Positions 24,762-32,000 of a stretch of DNA of 32,000 nucleotides are shown here, piece after piece. The notes below the pieces were generated by a model. The model made no database searches, was not told the DNA's origin, and was given only the letters and a program-made list of their open reading frames with translations. Origin of the DNA: Mycolicibacterium smegmatis (GTDB lineage Bacteria > Actinomycetota > Actinomycetes > Mycobacteriales > Mycobacteriaceae). The stretch is taken from positions 6,600,001-6,632,000 of the forward strand of contig NZ_LN831039.1 of assembly GCF_001457595.1 (NCBI RefSeq). Reading direction: 5' to 3'. The position numbers and the translations under genes were made by a program. Numbering within the stretch: the first letter of the stretch is position 1; every line of letters begins with the position of its first letter.

Positions 24762-25058
24762 CTAGACGACCTGCAGGTGCCGCCTGGGACGTGGTTGCAC
24801 GTCGTCCTCAGACGGTACCGGGGGATTCGGCGGTGGAGGAGCGATCTTGTCATTGACGCTGGCCACGACCGAGTCAACGCGGTTCACCGCGTTGTCACAC
24901 ATGTCGCGCACCCGACCGCTGGCGGTCTCAACGTCGTCGGCTGCACTGCGCAGGTATGCCCTGAGGTTAACCCGAAGCCGTTCACCCGCGCTGCGCGCCC
25001 GCTGCCGAACGCGGTCGTCCACCTCGATGGTGACGTACCTCGTCAACCGGAATCTCAT
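24762..25058 (-). CDS. Hypothetical 98-aa protein (helical, Pro-rich tail), possibly first gene of the PP2C operon
   Basis: The ORF has about 75% G/C at third codon positions by hand count. It sits 46 nt upstream of the PP2C gene on the same strand. I recognised no motif. Confidence 0.4.
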   Translation of the reverse strand: MRFRLTRYVTIEVDDRVRQRARSAGERLRVNLRAYLRSAADDVETASGRVRDMCDNAVNRVDSVVASVNDKIAPPPPNPPVPSEDDVQPRPRRHLQVV

Positions 25059-25215
25059 GGCCGAAACCTCATAGTCCCGCTCCCATCTTCGATGCCATGG
25101 ATCACATTAACCGTGCACGGCCACGGCACAATCCTGACGTGATCGGCACCGCAGCCGCCCACGCATGACATGCAACTCACACCATGATCGCCGATGACCA
25201 GCGCGTGCCGCGCGT

Positions 25216-25923
25216 TCATTCGGTGTTGATGCCGTCCCAATCCACCAGCGTCCAGCCACCGGTGGGATTGCCCTTGACCACCGCGTGACCGGTGTTGCCG
25301 AGCGGGTGGCGCGACAGCAGGCCGAGATCGGGATTGTCGACGTTCATGGCGACCCACGTCATGATCGCGCCGGCGTGCGAGAAGGCCACGGGATCGGTGT
25401 CCTCACTGTCGTAGATCTCGCGGACGGCCTCGTCGAACCGGGCGTCGAACTCGTCGCCGTCGATCGAACCCGGAATCCGCGCGGTCCGGTCGCCCTGCAA
25501 CCACCGCGTCGGGGCCTCGTAGTAGGTGAAACCCGCGAGCGCCTCGGGTTGTCCCTCGTAGATACCTGCCTCGATCTCCCGTAGGCCCGGCAACACCGTC
25601 ACGGGTTCTCTCGACAGATCCGCGAGGGGCTGCGCGGTCTGTTGCGTGCGGATCATGGTGGACGCGTAGATCCCGTCGAACGTGTGCCCGGCGGCGAGTT
25701 TCTGCGCGGCGGTTTCGGCCTGTTCGCGTCCCAGCGCGGTGAGCGGCGGGCCGGGTGTCGAGGTGTCGATCAAACCCGAGGCGTTGCCTTCGGACTGCGC
25801 GTGGCGCACGAGCGTCAGCGTGATGATGCGCTGTGCGACGGCGTTCGGCGCGGTCAGCATCCCCGCGACCAGGGCCACCACCAATGCCGCGACGGCCGCG
25901 GTTCTTCTGGTGTGCGTTGTCAT
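25216..25923 (-). CDS. Secreted histidine phosphatase (phosphoglycerate mutase-like) family protein
   Basis: RHAQSEGN catalytic RHG motif. The signal peptide MTTHTRRTAAVAALVVALVAGMLTAPNAVAQ is Tat-like. ATG 25923 is preferred over the longer track ORF, and it lies 1 nt after the AraC stop. Confidence 0.75.
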   Translation of the reverse strand: MTTHTRRTAAVAALVVALVAGMLTAPNAVAQRIITLTLVRHAQSEGNASGLIDTSTPGPPLTALGREQAETAAQKLAAGHTFDGIYASTMIRTQQTAQPLADLSREPVTVLPGLREIEAGIYEGQPEALAGFTYYEAPTRWLQGDRTARIPGSIDGDEFDARFDEAVREIYDSEDTDPVAFSHAGAIMTWVAMNVDNPDLGLLSRHPLGNTGHAVVKGNPTGGWTLVDWDGINTE

Positions 25924-25924
25924 G

Positions 25925-26758
25925 TCAGCTTCCGGTCGCTCGGCGGCGGTAGTTCGACGGCGTCTCCCCACAGAACTGCGCGAAGCATCGCGTGAAGGAG
26001 CTCAGGTTCTCGAAGCCCACGGCGGTCGCGGTCGCCTGCACCGACTGGTCCTGATCGGCAAGCAGCGCCATGGCGCGCAACATCCGTGCATGCAGAAGGT
26101 ATGTGCGCCAGGACATCCCGATCGTGTCGGCGAACAGTCGCCGCAGCGTGCGTTCGGAGACCGACACCGCCCGGCTCACCTGCTCGGCGGTCACCGAGTC
26201 GAGGTGTTCCTTGGTGTAGGCCAACGCCGCCGCGACGATGGGGTTGTCGGACGTCGGCAGGCTCAGCGGCGCCTCGTGGTCGAGTGCCTCGGCGACCAGG
26301 TTGGCCAGTGTCTGGAAGAAGCCGTCGGAGATCTCGTCGCCGTCGGCCCGGTCGATGGGCCAGCGCAGGCCGTAGATCATCATCTCGCGGATCAGCGGCG
26401 ACACGGCGATGATGCGTGCGCGGGTACCGCCGTCGGGGATCATCTGCGGGTCGAACATCACCGCGACGGTCTTGACGTCCGGGTTCATCACCGCCTGGTG
26501 CTGTAGGCCCGCCGGAATCCACGCGGCCTGCTGCGGCGGCAGCAGATAGTGGGCCGCGTCGGTCTCGACCTCGACGACGCCGTGCAGCGCGTACTCGATC
26601 TGATGCACCTCGTGCGAGTGCCATCCGGTGATCAGCCCCTCGCCCTCGTAGAGGTAGCTGCCTGCCGGCGCGCGGCCACCGCGGCGCAGTTCGATGACCG
26701 GGCGGGTGAGGTTGGCCGTTTCGGTCAAACCTCTGTCCGAAAGCGCAGAGACGGTCAC
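25925..26758 (-). CDS. AraC-family transcriptional regulator with N-terminal cupin domain
   Basis: Cupin region (GWHSHEVHQIEYALHG) and a C-terminal HTH_18 (VGFENLSSFTRCFAQFCGETPSNYRRR). Confidence 0.85.
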   Translation of the reverse strand: MTVSALSDRGLTETANLTRPVIELRRGGRAPAGSYLYEGEGLITGWHSHEVHQIEYALHGVVEVETDAAHYLLPPQQAAWIPAGLQHQAVMNPDVKTVAVMFDPQMIPDGGTRARIIAVSPLIREMMIYGLRWPIDRADGDEISDGFFQTLANLVAEALDHEAPLSLPTSDNPIVAAALAYTKEHLDSVTAEQVSRAVSVSERTLRRLFADTIGMSWRTYLLHARMLRAMALLADQDQSVQATATAVGFENLSSFTRCFAQFCGETPSNYRRRATGS

Positions 26759-26784
26759 ACCACAAGACGGTACTACTGAGAGCT

Positions 26785-28047
26785 ATGCAGACTGACGACC
26801 TGATCCTCGTGAGCATCGACGACCACGTCGTGGAACCGCCGGACATGTTCCTGCGCCACGTCCCGGCCAAGTACCGGGACGAGGCGCCCATCGTCGTCAC
26901 GGACGAAAAAGGCGTCGACCAGTGGATGTACCAGGGGCGCCCGCAGGGGGTGAGCGGTCTCAACGCGGTGGTGTCGTGGCCGGCCGAGGAATGGGGACGT
27001 GATCCGGCGGGCTTCGCCGAGATGCGTCCCGGCGTCTACGACGTGCACGAGCGCGTGCGGGACATGAACCGCAACGGCATCCTCGCCTCGATGTGCTTCC
27101 CGACGTTCACCGGGTTCTCGGCGCGGCATCTCAACATGCACCGCGAGGAGGCCACACTCGTGATGGTGTCGGCCTACAACGACTGGCACATCGACGAATG
27201 GGCGGGTTCCTACCCGGACCGGTTCATCCCGATCGCGATCCTGCCGACCTGGAACCCCGAGGCCATGTGCCGCGAGATCCGCCGTGTCGCGGCCAAGGGA
27301 TGCCGTGCGGTGACCATGCCCGAACTGCCGCATCTTGAGGGCCTTCCGAGCTATCACGACGACGACTACTGGGGCCCGGTGTTCACCACGCTGTCGGAGG
27401 AGAACGTGGTGATGTGCCTGCACATCGGCACGGGCTTCGGCGCGATCAGCATGGCGCCCAACGCGCCGATCGACAACCTGATCATCCTGGCCACCCAGGT
27501 CTCGGCGATGTGCGCGCAGGATCTGTTGTGGGGCCCGGCCATGCGCAACTACCCGGACCTGAAGTTCGCGTTCTCAGAAGGCGGAATCGGTTGGATCCCC
27601 TTCTATCTCGACCGCAGCGACCGTCACTACACCAATCAGAAGTGGCTGCGCCGGGACTTCGGCGACAAGCTGCCGTCGGACGTCTTCCGCGAGCACTCCC
27701 TGGCGTGCTACGTCACCGACAAGACATCGCTGAAGCTGCGGCACGAGATCGGCATCGACATCATCGCCTGGGAGTGCGACTACCCGCACTCGGACTGCTT
27801 CTGGCCGGATGCGCCCGAACAGGTGCTCGCCGAGCTGAACGCCGCCGGGGCCAGTGATTCCGACATCCACAAGATCACGTGGGAGAACGCCTGCCGGTTC
27901 TTCAGCTGGGATCCGTTCGCCCGCACGGCGCGCGAGGAAGCCACCGTGAAGGCTTTGCGTGCCAAGGGTTCCGACGTCGACGTGTCCATCCGCTCACGCG
28001 CCGAGTGGCGCAGGCTCTACGAAGAGAAGCGCCTCACCAAAGCATGA
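26785..28047 (+). CDS. Amidohydrolase-2 family (metal-dependent hydrolase) protein
   Basis: VSIDDHVVEPPDMF...GILASMCFP...WECDYPHSD is typical of the actinobacterial PF04909-type amidohydrolases. It is divergent from the AraC gene. Confidence 0.75.
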   Translation: MQTDDLILVSIDDHVVEPPDMFLRHVPAKYRDEAPIVVTDEKGVDQWMYQGRPQGVSGLNAVVSWPAEEWGRDPAGFAEMRPGVYDVHERVRDMNRNGILASMCFPTFTGFSARHLNMHREEATLVMVSAYNDWHIDEWAGSYPDRFIPIAILPTWNPEAMCREIRRVAAKGCRAVTMPELPHLEGLPSYHDDDYWGPVFTTLSEENVVMCLHIGTGFGAISMAPNAPIDNLIILATQVSAMCAQDLLWGPAMRNYPDLKFAFSEGGIGWIPFYLDRSDRHYTNQKWLRRDFGDKLPSDVFREHSLACYVTDKTSLKLRHEIGIDIIAWECDYPHSDCFWPDAPEQVLAELNAAGASDSDIHKITWENACRFFSWDPFARTAREEATVKALRAKGSDVDVSIRSRAEWRRLYEEKRLTKA

Positions 28048-28080
28048 TCGGACCGGCGTGATCGGGCCGGCCTGATCGGC

Positions 28081-28497
28081 TCACTGCAGGACGATCGAAT
28101 CACCCTCCACCCCGACGCTTTTCGCGTCGAGTGGGCGCGCCGCGGGGCCTTTGGCGACGGTTCCGTCGAGGTTGAACTCGCTGCCGTGGCAGGGGCAGTG
28201 GATGGTGCCGTCGGCGATCTCGTTCACCGTGCAGCCTTTGTGTGTGCACTTCGACGAGAAGCCCTTGAACACGCCCGCTGTGGGCTGCGTGACCACGGTG
28301 TCGCCGACGATCACTCCGGACCCCACCGGCACGTCGGCGACCTCGGCGATCACCTCACCGCCGGCGGGTGCCGGCCCTGCAGAGTCTGACGGGTCACTCT
28401 TGGCGGGCCCGTCACCGTAGGCGGCGCACCCGGCGACCGCGGTGGCGGCCAGGGTGCTACCGGTGCCGACGAGCGCTTGGCGGCGAGTTGCGTGCAT
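28081..28497 (-). CDS. Rieske [2Fe-2S] domain lipoprotein with Tat-type signal
   Basis: The RRQALVG twin-arginine region is followed by the lipobox VAGC. Rieske ligand boxes are CTHKGC and CPCHGS. Confidence 0.85.
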   Translation of the reverse strand: MHATRRQALVGTGSTLAATAVAGCAAYGDGPAKSDPSDSAGPAPAGGEVIAEVADVPVGSGVIVGDTVVTQPTAGVFKGFSSKCTHKGCTVNEIADGTIHCPCHGSEFNLDGTVAKGPAARPLDAKSVGVEGDSIVLQ

Positions 28498-28512
28498 GAG
28501 AATCCCTGCTTT

Positions 28513-29103
28513 CTAGAAGGTCAGGCCCGTGGTGTCGAAGAACCACAGCGCCGAGGTGAGCCAGACGTAGACGAGCACAAAGAACAGCAGACCACCCATG
28601 ACAGGGATGACCCACGGTTTCAGCCCTTTCCGGGTCAACAACATCATCTTGGCCACGAACACGCCGTAGAAGAAGCACCCGAACAGCGAGTGGAACAGCA
28701 CCCGCGAGTCGCCGCCCTGGAAACCCAGGGCGTACAGGCAGTGCACCGCGACCGGGACACTGGCCAGCACCGCGACCCGGCCCGACCACACGTGCGCCGG
28801 TCCGATCCATCGTGGTGCACGGCCGCTCGGCGTCAGCCGGTACATCACGAAAGCCGACACCAACTGGAAGACGGCCAGGCCGACGGCCAGCGTCGCCAGC
28901 CACGATTTCACCGCGGTCCCGCTGGAGAAGCCGGCCAGGCTGATCGAGAAGAACTGCGGCTCATGGACTCTGCCGAACACCCCGAGTCCGACCGCGACCG
29001 CGGACCCGACCAGGACGGGTACCAGGATCATCGAGGCGCCCGCGGGTGTGACGACCGGCGCGGGCCGGGTGGGCGCCGAGTAGAAATCGGGATCAGAAGA
29101 CAC
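28513..29103 (-). CDS. Integral membrane protein (4-5 TM; DUF6529-like)
   Basis: The hydrophobic C-terminal 172 aa of the track ORF are credible. A GTG at 29103 with GGGAG 6 nt upstream is the preferred start, with ATG 29031 as the alternative. The longer 349-aa version is an Arg/Pro-rich artefact. Confidence 0.6.
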   Translation of the reverse strand: MSSDPDFYSAPTRPAPVVTPAGASMILVPVLVGSAVAVGLGVFGRVHEPQFFSISLAGFSSGTAVKSWLATLAVGLAVFQLVSAFVMYRLTPSGRAPRWIGPAHVWSGRVAVLASVPVAVHCLYALGFQGGDSRVLFHSLFGCFFYGVFVAKMMLLTRKGLKPWVIPVMGGLLFFVLVYVWLTSALWFFDTTGLTF

Positions 29104-29593
29104 TGGTGGCTCCCGGTACGGCGGTGAAGTCCCAGTTCTTGTCGTTGATGCGCAGGTTGCCGACGACGGTATTGCCCTGATGCGTGCCGTTGAGTTCGGA
29201 GGTCTTGGCCTGGTCGGCCAGCTTGAGCACGCCGTTCTCGGCGGTACCCCACATCCACGTCTCGATGCCCTTGTTGTCACATGCGTAGGCGCGTGCCTTG
29301 GCGCCGTCGACGCGGATCTCCAGCGCGATGTTGCCGGTCTTGGTGGGGATGTCGGCGACGAAGTCCTCACGGTCGGCGAAGGGGCGCGGCGCGGGGGTGG
29401 TGGGCGTGGTGGGCGGTGCCGCGGGCACCGGGGACACCGCGGCGGTGCCGGTCGGCGCCGGGGCCGTCGATGTCGCGGCAGGCGGATTTCCGGATGCGGT
29501 CGATTCAGGCTGTCGGCTGACGTTGAGCAGGAACAGGCCGGTTCCGACGACAGCGACAGCACCGATGGTGGCGATGGGTCCTTTGATGTTCAT
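29093..29593 (-). CDS. Membrane-anchored exported protein with Pro/Thr/Ala-rich linker
   Basis: ATG 29593. MNIKGPIATIGAVAVVGTGLFLL forms the anchor, followed by a PTA linker and a ~90-aa domain. The longer 310-aa track ORF is an artefactual extension. Confidence 0.6.
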   Translation of the reverse strand: MNIKGPIATIGAVAVVGTGLFLLNVSRQPESTASGNPPAATSTAPAPTGTAAVSPVPAAPPTTPTTPAPRPFADREDFVADIPTKTGNIALEIRVDGAKARAYACDNKGIETWMWGTAENGVLKLADQAKTSELNGTHQGNTVVGNLRINDKNWDFTAVPGATSVF

Positions 29594-29670
29594 GCCGACG
29601 AGCATGCGCGCCGGCCGCCACCTGGTACTTGGAGAAGATGTGGAGATCGTCTGGAGATATACCTGGCAAT

Positions 29671-30117
29671 TCAGGCGCGCAGGCTGACGTGCCCTGCCAC
29701 GCGGGATGCGAACACCTCGGTCTCGACCACGTCGACGTCCGTGATCCCGGCCGCCCCGAGTGCCGCGGCCTTGAACGCGCGACCGGCGCTGCTGAGCCGG
29801 TGTCGGTAGGTCTCCTGAGCCTGGGGCGCGGTCCCCCACACCAGCACGTCGGTGCAACGCGCCAGCAGCTCGTTGATGCCGCCCGCGCGAGCGTAACCAT
29901 CGGCCCCGATCGCCAGCATCCACCGGTCGTCGGCGAAGTCCGTGATGCCGTCGACGACGTCGGCGCCGAGAATCTCCAGCGGCCGAATCCCCTCGCCCCC
30001 AGCCAATTCGACCGTGACGCGCCACCCGGCCATCACGTGGTCGACGATCAGACCCGCGGCGTTGCCGACCACCTCGGCCACGTCATCTGCCACCACATGT
30101 AGCCGGTAGATGGTCAT
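29671..30117 (-). CDS. Hypothetical 148-aa cytoplasmic protein
   Basis: High third-position G/C throughout and an ATG start. I recognised no family. Confidence 0.55.
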   Translation of the reverse strand: MTIYRLHVVADDVAEVVGNAAGLIVDHVMAGWRVTVELAGGEGIRPLEILGADVVDGITDFADDRWMLAIGADGYARAGGINELLARCTDVLVWGTAPQAQETYRHRLSSAGRAFKAAALGAAGITDVDVVETEVFASRVAGHVSLRA

Positions 30118-30355
30118 CGAGTTCTCCCTCGTCGGCGATTCACCGGATCACGCCCAAGCGGTGTTACGTCGCGTATGGACCGTTGACGAAGTCCACCAAG
30201 AACGGGTCGAACACCAGCTGTGATGTGTCATATGACCTCCCGCCCAGGCTCCGGCGCCTAACTGTAATAGTTACAGTAGGCAGGTTCAAGGGATTGACTT
30301 CGGCCGCTTGCTCCCAGTACAGAGTCGGCGTGTCGGCTATCTCGGGTAAGCAGGC

Positions 30356-31453
30356 TCAACCGACTGCGGCGTCACACGCAGACGCCACTAGACCTGCAAC
30401 CTTGATGGACGCATTCGCCAGGTGCTTATCCGCGGGGGCATAGGTAGTCAGAGCGAGTGCATAGGCCTGTCGGTATTGACTCGACAGGTCGGCGAAGTCG
30501 CGAAAGATGGCGTTGTCACTTCGTTGACCCAACACCAAAAGCTGGTTTGCGAGGAGGTTCATCACCGGCGTCACCTGCTCGTTTATGCGCTTCTGCTCGG
30601 GTGACCACTCAGTTCCCGGAATGTTGGGATCGGTTGCACGCCATTCTGCTGTATCAGCATCAAATGCTGTCAAAGTTGCGAGCCAATCACTGCACACAGG
30701 ATTGGGCTGCTGAAGGAAGGTTGCTGGGTCGCTGACGTCGTCCACTGGTGCAATTTGAGAAGGCGCAGGCAGGTGTGGGACTAGCGGCCCCCGCGCAGCT
30801 GCAGATCCGAACCCGATTGCAGCACAGATATTTCCAATGGCATCGGCAGCTGTGATAGCAACGCCGGCCAACGGATCATGCTTTCCCGTGTAGCCGGGAA
30901 CACTATCCGCATAGGCGACTGAGTAGGCGATGAACTGCTCGTAAAGCTCACGCATGACACGGTGCGGCGTTAGTTTCACGAGCGGAGCCAACTTCTCCGA
31001 TGCTCGGCGCATTGCATTCGCCACATCCTCGTACTGCGCGCGCACTTCGGGTGTCCAGGCCGACGCCGGTACGGCCGGGTCTCTGTTTTCCCAGCCATTC
31101 CGGATCTCGCCCCACCACTCTGAAAAGACGGGGTGCTGAGCCATGCATGTGGGGTCTTCGGTGATGACAGAGACGGGACCGTCATCGTCCGCGCTCGCCA
31201 CGTCGTGGGGACCCACGTTCCTTGATATTTCCGACGCCGTGGTCGAACCGTTGCCTTCACGAGTGACGAAGATCGTTACGGCGACCGTTACGCCGATGAT
31301 TACGACTATCGCAAGCCCACCGAGCATCCACCTCCAAGCACCACCACCTTTTGGCGGCCGAGGCGACGGGTACGGTCCGGAGTTGCCAGCAGCCGGGTAC
31401 TGGAATGCACCATCACCAGTAGGCGGCTTGCCATGTGGAGGCGGCATAGTCAC
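30356..31453 (-). CDS. Single-pass membrane protein with tandemly duplicated Cys-bracketed ectodomain
   Basis: Pro/Gly-rich N-tail and a TM helix (WMLGGLAIVVIIGVTVAVTIFV). Two repeats follow (C102...C210 and C254...C360), each with W-x-x-x-DP-x-x-P..W and a late Y..A...Y motif. They are paralogous to the 2794..3384 product. Confidence 0.7.
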   Translation of the reverse strand: MTMPPPHGKPPTGDGAFQYPAAGNSGPYPSPRPPKGGGAWRWMLGGLAIVVIIGVTVAVTIFVTREGNGSTTASEISRNVGPHDVASADDDGPVSVITEDPTCMAQHPVFSEWWGEIRNGWENRDPAVPASAWTPEVRAQYEDVANAMRRASEKLAPLVKLTPHRVMRELYEQFIAYSVAYADSVPGYTGKHDPLAGVAITAADAIGNICAAIGFGSAAARGPLVPHLPAPSQIAPVDDVSDPATFLQQPNPVCSDWLATLTAFDADTAEWRATDPNIPGTEWSPEQKRINEQVTPVMNLLANQLLVLGQRSDNAIFRDFADLSSQYRQAYALALTTYAPADKHLANASIKVAGLVASACDAAVG

Positions 31454-31577
31454 CTAATCACCTCCCCCGAGTTCCGAGCCGTCAGCTGTCTGTTGGACCG
31501 ATTATCACAGCGGGCGCGTGCCCAACAGTGTTATCGCGTCGATATAATCGTCGCGCAGTTTGAACGTCCGGCTGCGC

Positions 31578-32000
31578 TCAGTGCGTGATCTGCCAGTCCG
31601 CGGCCTCGTGTTGCCGACGCCAGAACTCGTCGAACCGGCCACCGGCCGCGAGCAGACCGTCGATGGTGCCGTCCTCGACGATGCGCCCGCCGTCGAGGAA
31701 CAGCACCCGGTCGGCGTGCCGGATGCTCGCCAGGCGGTGCGCGACGATCACGCGCGTGCGGGGCCGCAGATCGGCGGTGAGTGCGTCGACCACGGCGGCC
31801 TCGTTCTCGGTGTCCAGAGCGCTGGTGGCCTCGTCGACGAGCAACACGGGCGCGGGTTTGACGAGCGCACGGGCGATGCTGACGCGTTGGCGCTCACCGC
31901 CGGACAGCGCGGCGCCGGCCTCGCCGACCTTCGACGCGTCACCTTTGGGCAGCCGCGCGGTGAGTTCGTCGACCCGCGCGAGCCGTACCGCAGCGGCCAG
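31578..32000 (-). CDS. ABC transporter ATP-binding domain, C-terminal part (gene starts beyond window end)
   Basis: The reverse translation from 32000 reads ...LSGGERQRVSIARALVKPAPVLLVDEATSALD...VIVAHRL..., which covers the ABC signature, Walker B and the H-loop. Confidence 0.85.
   Translation of the reverse strand: MAAAVRLARVDELTARLPKGDASKVGEAGAALSGGERQRVSIARALVKPAPVLLVDEATSALDTENEAAVVDALTADLRPRTRVIVAHRLASIRHADRVLFLDGGRIVEDGTIDGLLAAGGRFDEFWRRQHEAADWQITH

Noticed and set aside
23835-25142. 435-aa plus-strand ORF antisense to the PP2C gene (also 23156..24001 and 24161..24856)
   Set aside because: They are Ser/Ala/Arg/Pro-rich shadow frames. The PP2C catalytic motifs are on the minus strand.
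30261-30277. ACTGTAA-tag-TTACAGT inverted repeat in the 30118-30355 intergenic region, and the 86-aa ORF 30183..30443
   Set aside because: Arms of 7 bp are too short to distinguish from chance. The ORF has poor codon bias and overlaps the end of the 365-aa gene. Neither is reported as a feature.
1-32000. Scan for CRISPR arrays, rRNA, tRNA and obvious riboswitch-like leaders (including a B12 riboswitch near the B12-binding gene)
   Set aside because: I saw no regularly spaced short direct repeats and recognised no tRNA- or rRNA-like sequence. The B12-protein gene has no leader because it is translationally coupled. Without covariance-model tools, small ncRNAs cannot be excluded.

Overview
This is a high-GC actinobacterial window. 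Gene content looks Mycobacteriaceae-like, and the IS256/IS3/IS1380-family trio is reminiscent of Mycolicibacterium smegmatis; that organism call is inference only. The left 14 kb is accessory DNA. (i) A minus-strand, translationally coupled operon (1-3384) encodes a single-pass membrane protein, an 837-aa EspK-like type VII secretion-associated protein and a third gene that runs off the window. (ii) A visibly AT-richer island (about 3.4-8.0 kb) looks like a polymorphic toxin/immunity locus, which I believe is undescribed for mycobacteria. It holds a 140-aa gene, a long conserved leader, and a 673-aa Sec-signal protein ending in a GH-E-type HNH/EndoVII nuclease motif plus a Lys-rich tail. An ankyrin-repeat gene follows. 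Then comes a second, degraded copy of the cassette: leader fused to the toxin 3' tail, followed by a second, diverged ankyrin gene. (iii) Three unrelated IS elements (8.0-13.3 kb) sit among gene fragments, with no target-site duplications found. The right 18 kb is mostly core-like. It carries an orphan EspG-like gene, EF-G2 (fusA2-like), a CMD-family gene, TetR with a perfect 28-bp palindromic operator, an SDR, a solitary MceA-like gene and a DMT transporter. It also carries a tightly coupled PAS-GAF-PP2C phosphatase / B12-binding protein / STAS antagonist operon. Further right are a histidine phosphatase, AraC, an amidohydrolase, a Rieske lipoprotein cluster, hypothetical membrane proteins and a partial ABC ATPase. 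I recognised no rRNA, tRNA or CRISPR. All family assignments come from motif recognition by eye or memory, not from searches.
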